NCBI GenBank assembly: GCA_030390025.1
Contig: JASTWF010000362.1
Span: 186,001-250,000 of the forward strand
Origin: Squalus acanthias
Taxonomy: Eukaryota
Direction: 5' to 3'
DNA: 64,000 bases
Under the pieces are notes generated by a model, which saw only the letters and a list, made by a program, of their open reading frames with translations, ran no database searches and was not told where the DNA came from. Shown piece after piece: positions 49,037 through 62,525 of the stretch. Position 1 is the first letter of the stretch, and every line of letters starts with the position of its first letter. Made by a program: the position numbers and the translations under genes.

Positions 49037-49123
49037 GTTGTTAGCCAATACATCCTGCAGTTTGGTGATGGACTTGGAAACGGGACTTGGCACTGAATTC
49101 TGCGGCAAATTGAAATCAGAATC
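49037..49123 (-). CDS. PRRC2B: PRRC2B exon (87 nt)
   Basis: ag/gtgagt; DSDFNLPQNSVPSPVSKSITKLQDVLANN. Confidence 0.92.
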
Positions 49124-50561
49124 CTAAAACAGCAACCAATAACTCTTCTCAGTTTAGCAAAACACAACGCAAACCCCACAGCTATCAACAGCCACCGATT
49201 ATCAGCACCAATAGGAGCCTTGAACATTGCATCTTGAACACATTTGACAAATTATCAGTGGTGCAGACATCAGGGAAAATTACAAGACTAAGTAAACAAT
49301 AACCTAGCTCATGTCACCATAATGCAAGCTAAACCAGGAACTGACCTATTATTGAGTGCGTGCAAGACGAGCCATTTATTTTCAATGCTGCCGTAACTTC
49401 CAAATCAGTACTATTGCAGCAAAGTTAAGACAATAGCAACACAGATCAACAAAATTGCACTTTGCTCATCTATCATAGGCCAAATTGGTTCATTAGTAAT
49501 AGACTTCAAGAGGACAGACAGGCTGGTGGAATGGGCGGACACATGGCAGATGAAATTCAACACAGAAAAGCGTGAGGTGATACATTTTGGTAGGGAGAAT
49601 GATGAGAGACCAGACAAGCTAAATGGTACAATTTTAAAGGGGGTGCAGGAAGAGAGAGACCTTGGGGTGTTTGTGTACAAATCGGTGGCAGGACCGGCTA
49701 GCAAAACAGTTAATAAAGCATATGGGATCCTGGGCTTTATAAATAGGGGCATAGAGTACAAAAGCCAGGAAGTTATGCTAAACCTATATAAAACACTAGT
49801 TCGGCCCCAGCTGGAGTATTGTGTCCGGTTCTGGGCACCACACTTTAGGAAAGACGTGAAGGCTTTGGAGAGGGTGCAGAGGAGATTTACTAGAGTGGTT
49901 CCAGGGATGAGGGATTACAGTTACGTGGACAGACTGGAGAAGCTGGGGTTGTTCTCCTTAGAGCAGAGAAGGCCAAGAGGAGATTTGGTAGGTGTGTTTA
50001 AAATCATGAAGGGTTTAGATAGATAAGCTTTCCAATGGCTGAAGGGTTGATAACCAGAGGGCACAGATTTAAGGTGATTGGCAAAAGAACCAGAAGTGAC
50101 ATGAGGAAAATCATTTTAACACGAGTGGTTAGGATTTGGAATGCACTGCCTGATAGGGCGGTGGATATAGATTCAGTAGTAGCCTACAAAAAAAAATACA
50201 CGAAGGAGAAAAAATTGCAGGGATATGGGGAAAGAGCGGGGGGAGTGGGACTAACTGGATTGCTCTTCGAAAGAGCCGGCGCAGACTCGATGGGCCGAAT
50301 GGTCTCCTTCTGTGCTGTACTATTCTATGATTCTAGGTGGTAATTACCATGACTATGAATTCAAGCAGGTCTTGCTTGATGCGATGGGAAAATGGACCAA
50401 AGTTCTTCCCCAAATTTGCAATGAACATCCTAAGCTAAATAAGGTCGAGCCAGTCACACTAGTGAGCTGCCATTAAAAGATATTAAACAATTATTCTGTG
50501 ACTTCACTGATCATTTAAAGCAGGTTAGCAAACATTACACCAGAATTACACAACCATGTCA

Positions 50562-50903
<342 letters not shown>

Positions 50904-51726
50904 CTATGCTGCTCCTTAAACATAGTGCCGAGATTAAATCAGTGTAGCAACTTCAACCTCAGAATAAGCAAACCTGCTTTCCCGAGGCAGCAAATTGGAA
51001 TCGAGATGGAACAATATAAAAATGGGTTAGAAAGAAAGCACGTCCATTTATAATAAAACACTTCCTCACCTGTTCCAGGATGTAGCGAAGTGCTTCACGA
51101 TCAGCAATTACATCTTACGGCCTTACGGGGGACATTAAATTACTCAGAGGACTGTAGCAGCAAAATAATACTTTGTACGTTACATGGTATAGTGCTGTTA
51201 TATCCAGTGGACCCACCAACTTATCCTGACAATACCACTAGTTTCTCAAAATATTCCCATTAATAAAATAAATCAAGACAGTTCTCCAAAAAAGAAATGA
51301 GAAAGCATTTGGATCGGGACAGTTTTCCACCCCCTGCCATTTTTGGGGCTCCCATATTGCGATTCCTTATCTTGCCTCAACCCCCGCCCCCCCCGTGTTC
51401 TCTGCTGTCAAATTTCTTCAGGCGCTATCAGTGGGCTTTCTTCTCCCATCTATAGTCTCTCCTCTCTTACAATCCTTGTTCTTGTGTTTTTCTCTCTTCT
51501 TGGGACTCCTGTTATGGTGCAGGCTTTCGTTTTGGTGCCACTGTGCACGTTTGGTCTTTCTGTGCTACACGCTTTGATCTGTGGGGCAGCCCACATGTGC
51601 GTTTAGCCTCTCAGTGACAGGGCCGCCATTTCTGATTGCTCTCAGATGGCCTCTGTCCACTACCAAAAGGCCAGTCCATATATTCCACAGACCAACAGAA
51701 ACACGACAAGAGTTAGTCTAAAATTA

Positions 51727-51981
<255 letters not shown>

Positions 51982-53412
51982 CTACAAGGAAAAGTAGCAG
52001 AATGGTTAGGAACATACATCAAACACTAATCATGCAACTTAGATGCAAAATATAATTATACTCAATGGTGTCACTATATTGACACACACTTTAATATATT
52101 TGCCATGCTGTCTTTCTTCAAAAGGTGAAGGGGCAAGATATGGCTTTGAGCCATGGGCTGTACACAACCACCATCAATGTTGCTCTAGATCACCTGATGG
52201 AGGTATACACTCTGTGGCAAGGCAAGATGTACAACATCGGACAGTCTGTCTGAGAACTAGTAATCCTTACTAAGCGATATTTCAAAACAGAATTCAGTGC
52301 TCTACACAGAGCCACCGTGTGACCTGCTATCAACTTATTTTTCCCCAGGATGTTTCCAATGCTGGCAAAGCTGCATTTATGTGTAGGCCAGACTGGGTAC
52401 AGGTGACTGGTTTTGTTCCCTGAGGGACATTAGCAAACCAATTGAGTTTTTACAGCCATCTGGCAACTTCCATAGTCACTTTTCTGCTGTCAATACACAT
52501 GGGTCGGCCATTTAGGACTGAGACGAGATGAAATTTCTTCACTCAGAGGGACTTCAAGGGTTAAGTTACGAGGAGAGATTACACAAATTAGGGTTGTATT
52601 CCCTAGAATTTAGACGGTTAAGGGGTGATCTGATCGAAGCTTTCAAGATATTAAGGGGAACAGATAGGGTAGATAGAAAGAAACTATTTCCACTGGTTGG
52701 GGGGTTCTGGGATTTTAGGAGTGAAATTAGCAAACACTTGTACACACAAAGGGTGGTAGAAGTTTGGAACTCTCTTCCGCAAACAGCAATTGATGATAGA
52801 TCAATTGTTAATTTTAAATCGGAGATTGATAGCTTTTTGTTAACCAAAAGTATTAAGGGATATGGGCCAAAGGTGGATATATGGACTTGGATCACAGATC
52901 AGCCATGATCTCACTGAATGGCGGAACAGGCTCAAGGGGCTGAATGGCCTACTCCTGCTCCTATATGTATCTTTGGAATTCTCTACCCCAGAGGGCTGTG
53001 GATGCTCAGTCATTGAGTACATTCAAGACGGAGATCGATAGATTTTTGGACACTAAGGGAATCAAGGGATATAGAAATAGGGGGGGAGTTGAGGTAGAAG
53101 ATCAGCCGTGATATTATTAGAATGGTGGAGCAGGCTCGAAGGGCCGAATGGCCTACTCCTGCCCCTATTTCATATGTTTTTAAATGACCAGATTTAGTGA
53201 ATTCAATTTGCCACGGTAAGATTTGAACACTCAACCTCTGGGTTGCTTGTCCATACTACTTCTACTGCATGCCCTGGTATTAAATCCAAAATAAAACTAT
53301 GCAAAAACCTCCTGGATCATCATAAACAATACTCTGTAAAACAGTGTTCTTGGCTATTTCAAATGGCTTTTTCATAATCTGATTATAGAAGCTTGGCAAT
53401 TTATGAATGTAC

Positions 53413-53495
53413 CTCTGTGCATGTAGATTCGGACCCTGTGAACGAATTCAAAGGTTTCACCCAAGTGTCACCGCTGGCAGGCTGAACAGGATGAG
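53413..53495 (-). CDS. PRRC2B: PRRC2B exon (83 nt)
   Basis: ag/gtacat; THPVQPASGDTWVKPLNSFTGSESTCTE. Confidence 0.9.
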
Positions 53496-53632
53496 CTGTG
53501 AAAAGAAACAAACCAGCGTTTTCAGAATGATCCATCTTGCTCCGATTATGCAGGATAAACCACAAGACTGGCGTTGCAAACTTACGCAACCTTAACTGTA
53601 ATGATGGATCAATTTAAGTGTATAAACATAAT

Positions 53633-54407
53633 GGCCCAAAAATTAGTGAGTGAGCCTTCGTGCGAGGGTAAGGCTTTCCCGCGATCTCTCACTGCGCGCT
53701 GGCTTTTTTATTCCCAGCTCGCACGAACTTGATGTTCTGGACAGCAGCTGTGCAGTGCTTTCGTATCCCACAGGCGCAGTTAATTCGTGCGAGCTGTGGG
53801 ATCACGTGACTCAGTTAGAGCCAATGGCAGCACACCATCTTTCATTCATAGCTTTCACAGCACGGCTGTGAAAGCTATGAATACTATACCCCCCCAAAAG
53901 AACAGTTATGAATACTATACCCCCCCAAAAGAACAGCTAAACCTCAATTAAATTTAAAAAAAACCCCATCACATTAATAAAATAAGTATAGTTAAATAAA
54001 TTAACCACTTTAAACAAAAAATTAAATTTTTGAAAAAATTTAAAATCTTTTAAAAAGTTATAAAAATAAACTTACCTTTCTTTAAAGTCTCTAAAAAAGA
54101 TATACCTGTTGAAAAAAATTCAAAATAATACTTAATTAACTACTTACCTTGTTAAAAGAGGGTCTTACGCCTCCTTTCTTTATGTGTAAAATGTTCCATG
54201 CTTACCTGCACGTTCAAAGTACTAAGTGCACTGCGTGCGCGCAGCCTGTAGCGCGCACGCGGTTCACCTAGGAACCGCCCCCTTTTGAAATCACCAAGTG
54301 CCGGTTTTCAGCGCATGCGCAGTGCATGCAGAAAACCGGCAATTGGAGACAGAATACGCGAGAGTACACAGTGCGTACTCTCGCGTAGCGGCACTAATTT
54401 TTGGGCC
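53633..54407. mobile_element. PIF/Harbinger-like MITE related to 41161-41911
   Basis: TIRs GGCCCAAAAATTAGTG / CACTAATTTTTGGGCC; flanks AAT/ATT; shared GCCGGTTT..GCGCATGCGC..AAAACCGGC hairpin. Confidence 0.75.
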
Positions 54408-54559
54408 ATTAATGACTTGTTAGTAGATTAAATGTTTTAATGTATGCAAAAAATTAAACATGTATAATCTTTACTGAAGATCGATATCTGAACTGCCAGT
54501 TGCCGTTACATTTTCCTTAACCGATAGCAAAGTGCTTCCTCAGTCTAGCACAATGAATT

Positions 54560-55590
54560 ACCTCTGGTGTAACCCAAGGATCCGTCCTTGGTCCACCTCC
54601 TATTTCTCAACTACATGCTGCCCCTCGGCGACATCATCCGAAAACACAGCGTCAGTTTCCACATGTACGCTGACAACACCCAGCTCTACCTCACTACCAC
54701 TTCTCTCCACCCCTCCACGGTCTCTAAATTGACACACTGCTTGTCCGACATCCAGTTCTGGATGAGCAGAAATTTCCTCTAACTAAATATTGGAAAGACT
54801 GAAGCCATTGTCTTCAGTCCCCGCCACAAACTCCGTTCCTTCGCCACTGACTCCATCCCTCTCCCTTACATCTGTCTGAGGCTGAACCACACTGTTCGCA
54901 ACCTTGGTGTCATATTTGATTCTGAAATGGGCTTCCAACCACACATCCACGGCATAACATCGCCCGTCTCCGCCCCTGCCTCAGCTCATCTGCTGCTGAA
55001 CACCTTATCCATGCCTTTGTTACCTCTAGACTTGACTATTCCAACGCACTCCTGGCTGGCCTCCCACGTTCTACCCTCCCGTAAACTTGAGACCATCTAA
55101 AGCTCTGCTGCCTGTGTCCTAACTCGCACCAAGTCCCGTTCACTCATCACCCTTGTGCTCGCTGACCTACATTGGCGCCCGGTTAAGCAACGCCTCAATT
55201 TAAAAATTCTCATCCTTGTTTTCAAATCCCTCCACGGCCTCGCCCCTCCCCATCTCTGTAATCTCCTCCAGCCCCACAACCCTCCGAGATCTCTCCGCTC
55301 CTCTAATTCTGGCCTCTTTAGCATCCCCAATTTAATCGCTCCACCATTGGTGGCCGTGCCTTCAGCTGCCAAGGCCCTCAGCTCTGGAATTCCCTCCCTA
55401 AACCTCTCTCCACCTCTCTTTCCTCCTTTAAGACGCTCCTTAAAACCTACCTCTTTGACCAAGCTTTTGGTCATCTGCCCATATATCTCATGTGGCTCGG
55501 TGTCAAATTTTGTTTTGACACACTCCTGTGAGGTGCCTTGGGACATTTTACTACGTTAAAGGTGCTGTATAAATGCAACTTGTTGTTATT
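54560..55590 (+). mobile_element. L2-clade LINE, RT C-terminal part to 3' tail
   Basis: HMYADNTQLY in ORF 54588-54782, LADLHW.PVKQR in ORF 55155-55559, (GTT)n tail. Confidence 0.85.
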
Positions 55591-55746
55591 TGTGAATTTC
55601 TGCACAAGTGGACGAGCACACTCTTGTGTATTTTACAAAAAGCAACGAACAGCAATCTCACACATGGTCTCCTTCGCTCAGAAACATAACATGATTGGCA
55701 TATGTTACTGGCAGCGTGTAGATTATCAAGCCAATTGTTCTCTTTA

Positions 55747-55842
55747 GTTGGTGTATCAGTGGATCTTTCTCCTCATATCCCTTTCCTTGAGTACAGCGAT
55801 GGAAAGGTCAGAAGGATCTATTGTAGCATCATTTATACCAAC
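55747..55842 (-). ncRNA. SNORD62: Box C/D snoRNA, SNORD62 (U62) family
   Basis: Minus strand: terminal stem GTTGGTATA/TACACCAAC, C box ATGATGC, guide CAATAGATCCT(T) before D' CTGA (55808-55811), C' ATGAGGA (55770-55776), D CTGA (55756-55759). Human SNORD62 is hosted in PRRC2B introns. Confidence 0.9.
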
Positions 55843-56096
55843 ATAATGAAGCTAGGTTTTACATCCATCTATAAACATCTACATGATATATAGTGTAAAA
55901 CCATACAGTGTTTCTCCAGACCCCACCCCCTTCTATAAGTTTCTCGGATGGAATACTTTATTAAATGGGGGTAAGTGTGCTTTATGACTTGGTACTGTGG
56001 CTTCTAAAAGGAGCAGTATATTAAATTTCCCTTTCAATCATATAAAATTTAGCGCATCAACTAGTAGTATTCCAACCAGGCTGAGTCTCTGTAACA

Positions 56097-56315
56097 AGCT
56101 GGAAACACTCAGCAGGTCAGGCAGCACCTGTGGAGAGACAAACAGAGTTAACGTTTCAGGTGAGCTTTCGTCAGAACTGGATAAAGTTCGGAGGTCATCG
56201 ACCTGAAACGTTGACTCTGTTTCTCTCTCCACAGATGCTGCCTGACCTGCGGAGTATTTTCAGCATTTTCTGTTTATACTTCAGATTCCCAGCATCCGCA
56301 GTGTTTTGCTTTCGT
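56097..56315. mobile_element. Inverted pair of Penelope-like terminal repeats
   Basis: Same palindromic arrangement as 6352-6540, with degenerate hammerhead halves in the centre. Confidence 0.75.
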
Positions 56316-56412
56316 CTCTGAAACAAGTTGATGGAAGTAACTGCAGATTGGAAGGAAGTTTGCTGCCAGACGGATTTGGCATGGGCTCTACATTGGTAGG
56401 TATCCATCTTAC

Positions 56413-56593
56413 TTGCACTGGAGTTCTCCCAGATCTCCGTCCCTAGGCTGCTGGATGTGGCCTGCCCCTTGGAGAAGGAGCTTTCCTCTGTCTGCTCAGT
56501 GACTGCGTTGGAAAGCTGTTGCTTTTTAACAAATCGAGGAGGAATCTTGGACGAAGATGTCCAGCTCTTTTCATTCCGGTTTTTCCCAGGTGC
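56413..56593 (-). CDS. PRRC2B: PRRC2B exon (181 nt)
   Basis: aagcag/gtaaga; APGKNRNEKSWTSSSKIPPRFVKKQQ...LGTEIWENSSA. Confidence 0.92.
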
Positions 56594-57518
56594 CTGCTTA
56601 GAAGAAAAAAGGCCGTCTGTGAAAGTGAGAAATTTTAACTCCAGATAAAGTATTAAGCAATCCCTCTATCATGCTGCAAAAATATACCATACCACCTCAT
56701 GAAAACCGGTCACCAGTAAGATGGAGGAACATGTTCTATCTCAAGGAGGAAAAATACTGCGCTTCCTTCTGCCCCCCCCCAATAACGTCCATCCAGAATG
56801 ACTCTGCTGCCCGTATTGCCCGTACCCTAACTCGCACCAAGTCCTATTCTCCCATCTCCCCAGTGCTTGCTGACCTACATTGGCTCCTGGTTCAGTAATG
56901 CCTCAAATAAAAAATTCTCATCCATGTGATCAAATCCCTCCATGGCCTCGCCCCTCCCCATCTCTGTAACCTCCTCCAGCCCTACAACCACCCCCCCCAC
57001 CCCCCGAGATCTCTGCGTTCCTCCAATTCTGGCCTCGTGCATCCCGGATTTCCTTCTCCCCACCATTGGCGGCCGTGCCTTCAGTTGTTTAGGCCCCAAG
57101 CTCTGGAATTCCCTCTCTAAACACCTCCGCCTCTCTTACTCTCTCTCCTCCATTAAGATGCTCCTTAAAACTTAGCTCTATGACCAAGCTTTTGATCACC
57201 TGTCCTGATATCTCATGTGGCTTGGTGTCAAAATTTCTCTGACAACGCTCCTGTGACACGCCTTGGGACGTTTTACTACTTTAAAGGTGCTTTATAAATG
57301 CAAATTGTTGTTGTTGTAACAACTTAAGACCACTGAATTAAAGGGGAAAGATTTAAAATTCTTACAAAAACACTGCTGCAACAATGGTGTCATGTCATGT
57401 GCCAGTCAAATATAAAATTCACATGTAGTAACTTTCACAGTTAACACCACCACACGAGTCAATAGAGGAGCACTTAGCTTGCAATAGCTAAATGTGGTGC
57501 TGAAGCTAGCCCACGTAC

Positions 57519-57667
57519 CTGCAACGTCTGCTCTTTCTTCCGGCGCTCTTCCTCAAGCAATCGGCGGTGTTTTTTTGAGATCACCTCAGTGAAACCATCG
57601 TTCACGGTTGAGACGGACTGCTGCTCGTCCACAGCTACAGCTGGGTGGTCATCGATAATGACAACAC
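57519..57667 (-). CDS. PRRC2B: PRRC2B exon (149 nt)
   Basis: ag/gtacgt; SVVIIDDHP...DGFTEVISKKHRRLLEEERRKKEQTLQ. Confidence 0.95.
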
Positions 57668-58431
57668 CTTAAAGGAAAACATTTCATCAGGTGGTCAGAT
57701 TACTGCTTAGGTGACCGTGAATTAAAAAGAAACACTGCACCGTCCTCATGAATAGCGACAGCACGCAGGCATCCTTTGCTCAGCTCTACAGTGAACGGCA
57801 GCAGTGTGAGATGTCAGCCGTGGTTCAATGGGTAGCACGCTCTCTCGGCTCTGAGTCAGAAGGTTGTGGGTTCAAGTCCCCACTCCAGAGACTTGAGCAC
57901 AAAAATGCAGGCTGACACTCCAGTGTAGTACTGAAGGAGCGCTGCACTGTTGGAGGTGCTGGCTTTCGGATGAAGAAGAGCAGGGGAGTTCTCCCCGGTG
58001 GCCTGGCCCAATATTTATCCCTCAACCAACATCACGAAAACAGATTATCTGGTCATTATCACACTGCTGTTTGTGGGAGTTTGCGGTGTACAAATTGGCT
58101 GCCGCGTTTCCTACATTACAACAGTGACTACACTTCAAAAAGTACTTCATCGGATGTGAAGTGCTTTGGGATGTCCTGAGGTCGTGAAAGGTGCTGTAGA
58201 AATGCAACTCTTTCTTTCTTTCACTCACTCATGCTACAGTCAGTGCTTGGGAGCCCCACCGGAACCAGTGAAATGAAGTTATATTTAAACTCCGGGTGGA
58301 TCAATATCAGCATCGAACAAAATGAGGAGGCCTGTAAATCTGCACTAAAACCCAAAGTACAATGTCAGTCTGTATCTTTAGATCCAAGTTTAATGTTAAT
58401 CACATTTGAATATAAATTTGTGTGTACTTAC

Positions 58432-58652
58432 TTGCATAATTGTTTAAATCAAACTGGGCCAAAGCATCAGTCTTCTCCTTTGCCTTTTTCACGCCAGGTT
58501 TTACCTCCTTTTCCTTCTTTTTATTTGACGCGTCCTTCATTGCGTTCTGGACAGCCGCTGGGTCATGGGGAACGACTCGATCTACACAGTACACCGTGTT
58601 GACATTCCCTCCGTTCACTGCTATCTGATCGCACAGCTGCTCTTCTACATAC
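58432..58652 (-). CDS. PRRC2B: PRRC2B exon (221 nt)
   Basis: ag/gtaagt; YVEEQLCDQ...NTVYCVDRVVPHDPAAVQNA...LAQFDLNNYA. Confidence 0.95.
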
Positions 58653-59422
58653 CTGTTTTGGAGAAATGGAAAGGTCATGGGCGTCTCGGTAGCTCCAGCA
58701 GTTCAGCACAGAAATGTCCATTCTGCAAGCGTCAATTCAGCAACCTAGTGTCAACTCTGACTCAAACTGGGTTATCTCACTTCCTCACAGACCAGCTGCT
58801 GGGTGGCAGCACAGTGCTGTGGTATCACGTTCCATCTCTTGTGGCAGCAGCGAAAGAAAAAATACATTAAAAGCGAGCAGTGGCACTGCTGTGTCACAGA
58901 ACCACAGCTCCATCAGTCAACTGGATGCAACATAGGCAGAAGCAGTGAACGAGGCCACACTTCAGAGCCTCCTACCCTTCAGAGTGAGGAAGAAAGCAGT
59001 GAGGAACCAACACGATAAAGTAGGTTATGCTTCAGGAAAAAATAAAAAAATAAATCAACAGAATTAGAAATTTGCAATTTTACAATAACCGTTACTTTCT
59101 TCAAGCATATGAGTTGAAGAATATTTGCGATTCGCATTAGATTGAAGTGGTTGAAGAGGGATACTAAAAAGTTGCCACAAGTATGTTATTATTGGTCTCA
59201 AATTTTGCCATTCTTCTGCACCTTTATATGTTGGCTCCGTTTTCAAGTTTATTTATAGAGGACTGTTGAGGAGGAGAAACTGAAAATAGTCCTCGTTATT
59301 ACTTAATATTAGTTAATAATCACAGCCACTTGGGCTAGGTACCACCAAGCAAGCAAATTCTTGGAGAACTGGCAAAAGACTAAACACTTCATCCCAGCCT
59401 ATCAAACATCCACATTATTTAC

Positions 59423-61567
59423 CTTTTGTTTCTTGATGGTTGCCCAGTTGCCTTTTCATTCCTCGGACCAGTCCCATTAGTCTTTGGCGCTTTGCCCCCA
59501 TAGCCTGGGTTTGTCCTGCGATTTTGCCTATCAATTGGCCGCTGGCTGGAGAAACTGCGTTTAGCCAACTCCTTCCTCTGCCCGAGACCACTGTCTGCCA
59601 CGTCTACTTCAGGTGGTAGGTTGTTCTGGCATACTCTGTTCTCTCTGTCTCGTCTCTCGGTAAAGTCGCTGCTTTCGGAAGCAGTCTCCCACTCCTCGTT
59701 AGCTTGGTCGGAGGAATTTTGATTCGACAGATCCGGCGACTTATTGCCAGCTACGAGGGATGCCATCTCCTGATCATCGGCCCTTGTGGTCATACTCGAC
59801 AAACCGTGGTCTGCAGGAACAGGCACATCACTGTTCACCTCGGTGGCTGCGTCTCGTTCTTGTTTGAGACGCCTGAATCGTGGAGGTTTGTCCTGTCGCG
59901 GAGGTCGTCTTCTCCTTGGGGGCATGTCCATCGATCGCTCTCTTTTGGGTGGCTGGTCTTCTATGGCTGAGATTCCAGAAAATGAGATTTTGTCTACAAC
60001 TCCATTTTCCTCTCCGGCATTCTCCAGTGCCCCTTCCAAAGCCCTGTTGAGCACTTTTGTAGATTCCTTTAGAGGCTGCCTTTTGGACAATGACATGGAT
60101 GCTGGAGCATCGCCATTTAGTTGATAGGTACCGTTCACCTTGAACATACCCCCTCCTCTGTTTTGCCTCGAGGGCATTCCCCGAGGAGCAAAGCTGCGCC
60201 CTCGCCCAGGGTTGCTCAACCGAGGAGGTAATGCCCTCTCAAACAATTTTGGGGGCCCTCTTTCGTCTTCCATTTCACCAACAATTGGCCCATCAGATGG
60301 TAGCCTCTTGGACCTCTTCACAGAGTCTTTGAACATAGTCTTCCCCTCTCTGTCAGAATATGTTGCATCACTGGTGCCTTCACTGCCAGCTCCAGATCCC
60401 CTCTGCCTCCGTCGCTTTGGTATATCTTCATACTCGGACCCCTCACTGCGTGTCTCGCTGGCATTTCGACGCCGGGTGGAACTCTTTTGGCCGTCTTCTA
60501 AAGGATTACTGTAATCCTTAGGATTTTGCCGATTGCCTCTGCTCAAGTTGTTGTAAGAGCCTCTGATCTCTCCAACTCTGCCATAGAAATCTCCTCGGCC
60601 TCTGCCCCGCCCTCGTCCTTGGCCTCTGCTACTGAAGTTAGGTTGATCATCATCTTCAATCCAGCTTCTTCTCTGCGGTGGGGGGAAATCAATGTTGTCT
60701 TTATTCACGGGTCTTGCCTCCCATGCCTTATTCTCCTTTCGTTGTGGTTTCTCTATTTCCCAGTCAAATTTAGCTGGAGACACTGGTAGGGCAGTCATTT
60801 CTTTGTGTCTAACGTTCAAGGATGAAATGGAAGTTTGTGATGATGGAGCCGTGCCTCCATTGGTTTTCAGCACCTTGCACTCAGTCTTGATCTGTTGGCT
60901 GTTTTTCTGAACAGATTCCAATTTGACTTTTTCTGTCTCGTCACCCTTCTCAGTCTTGAGGTCTTTAAGCACTGGTTTCTTAATTGGTCCAGATCTTCTA
61001 CCTGTCATTTTTCCTACGGTCTCACGGCGATCAGCGTGGCTCCCTTTCAGCGGCTCCCACTGGGGTGCAGGTTTGGACTCCCTCTTTGGCAGATTATCAG
61101 TCTGCCATATTTCTGCCCTAAAACCCGTCTCCTCTCTGGTGTCTTCGTGCTCGTTAACCGTAGGGCTTGGGGGCTCTTTCTGGTGTACGTAATCCCAGGT
61201 GTGAGACACTAGCTCCTCAACATTTTCAGCTGGCTTCGAGGTCTCGGTGCTGTCCCTCAAAAGGGACCCATTCAGCCCCGCCTGCTCACTTTCAGATGCG
61301 AAGAGCTCTTTATGAAGTAACTGAGGATTTGTCTGATGCTGGAAGAGAACATCCCGCCCCAGCACTGCTGACACACTCGGAGACACATCAGGCCTTCGGT
61401 CTTTTATCAGCTCAGTCTGTGATTCCAAACGAACCATATTTAGCAATTTGTCTGCTGGCGCAACCCTATAGTCATCAATCTGCTCCTCGAATGGATCTCT
61501 CTGTATCTTCATGGTCTGCTGGGAAATGGGATCAGCCCTCACAGGTGGAGTGGGAAGTCTTTCATTC
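59423..61567 (-). CDS. PRRC2B: PRRC2B large exon (2145 nt, phase 2/2) with RG-rich segment
   Basis: Open frame; GPIKKPVLKDLK, SRGQGRGRGRGRGDF, RNASETRSEGSEYEDIPKRRRQRGS, RQDKPPRFRRL, SDQANEEWETASESSDF, AKRSFSSQRP; ag/gtaaat. Confidence 0.97.
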
Positions 61568-62302
61568 CTGTAATAAACAACATTTGCTGCGGTGTTAAAG
61601 AAATATTGAATGGATCACAAAAAAACAGGAAATATGATGGTGACATTTAACAGTCTAGAATCGGAATGGTACACAAGAATTTCATGCTTAAGATCTTAAT
61701 CACGTTTGTATATTGTTCAAATCGATCAAACAGATCAAAGTTCATCAAAGACCTGCTGAGTACTTCCTGCATTTTCTGTTCATAGAACAGACTGAATGGA
61801 TCTATTCACATCCCAATTTAAGGCTGAATCAAGGCTAAGGAGCAAATATACATAGTATGCATCAAATTTAAGAACATAAGAATTTGGAGCAGGAGTAGGC
61901 CATACAACCCCTCGAGCTTGCTCCGCCATTCAATAAGATCATGGCTGATCTTCGACCTCAACTCCACTTTCCCGCCCGATCCCCATAACCTTCGATCCCC
62001 TAGAATCCAAAAACCTATCGATCTCAGGCTTGAATATACTCACAAGATTCACCATCCACAGCCCTTTGGGGTAGAGAATTCCAAAGATTCACAACCCTCT
62101 GAGTGAAGAAATTCCTCCGTCTTAAATTTATTTAACCTTAGTCTAGGAAGATTACTATTTTCAGTCATCAGTAGCCACATGGGTACAAAATCTTGTTGGA
62201 GAGATTGCTTCTATTGCAGCTCACTTATTATGGGCCTTTAGTGGGCCAGCTGCCAATCCTAACCTGACATTGTTATTGTTCCTCTAAAGACAAGACACTC
62301 AC

Positions 62303-62525
62303 CTAGCATTCCTCTCTTCTGCAGTGCTATCCTCTTGCGATCTCTGAGAGGTTAACATGAAAGCCCTGTTTGGAGCAGGTGGATAGTCCTCTTGACCCCA
62401 GCTGAATTGTGGTTCTGTGGGTGGAGTTCGTCTCTCCTGTAACAGAATAGGAGAGCGGTCGTGCTGCTCAGACCCTGAGGTGACACTGTCTGAGCGATCT
62501 GGGCGCATCACAGGCTTCATCATTC
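62303..62525 (-). CDS. PRRC2B: PRRC2B exon (223 nt); gene continues beyond the window end
   Basis: ag/gtgagt; GMMKPVMRPDRSDS...EERNA; phases 1/2 consistent. Confidence 0.9.

Noticed and set aside
51330..51660. Purine-rich exon-like stretch in a PRRC2B intron
   Set aside because: Stops occur in all three minus frames, there is no convincing donor, and the flanking exons already join in phase.
59704..61598. Several plus-strand ORFs over the large exon
   Set aside because: They are antisense shadows of PRRC2B coding sequence with no independent evidence.
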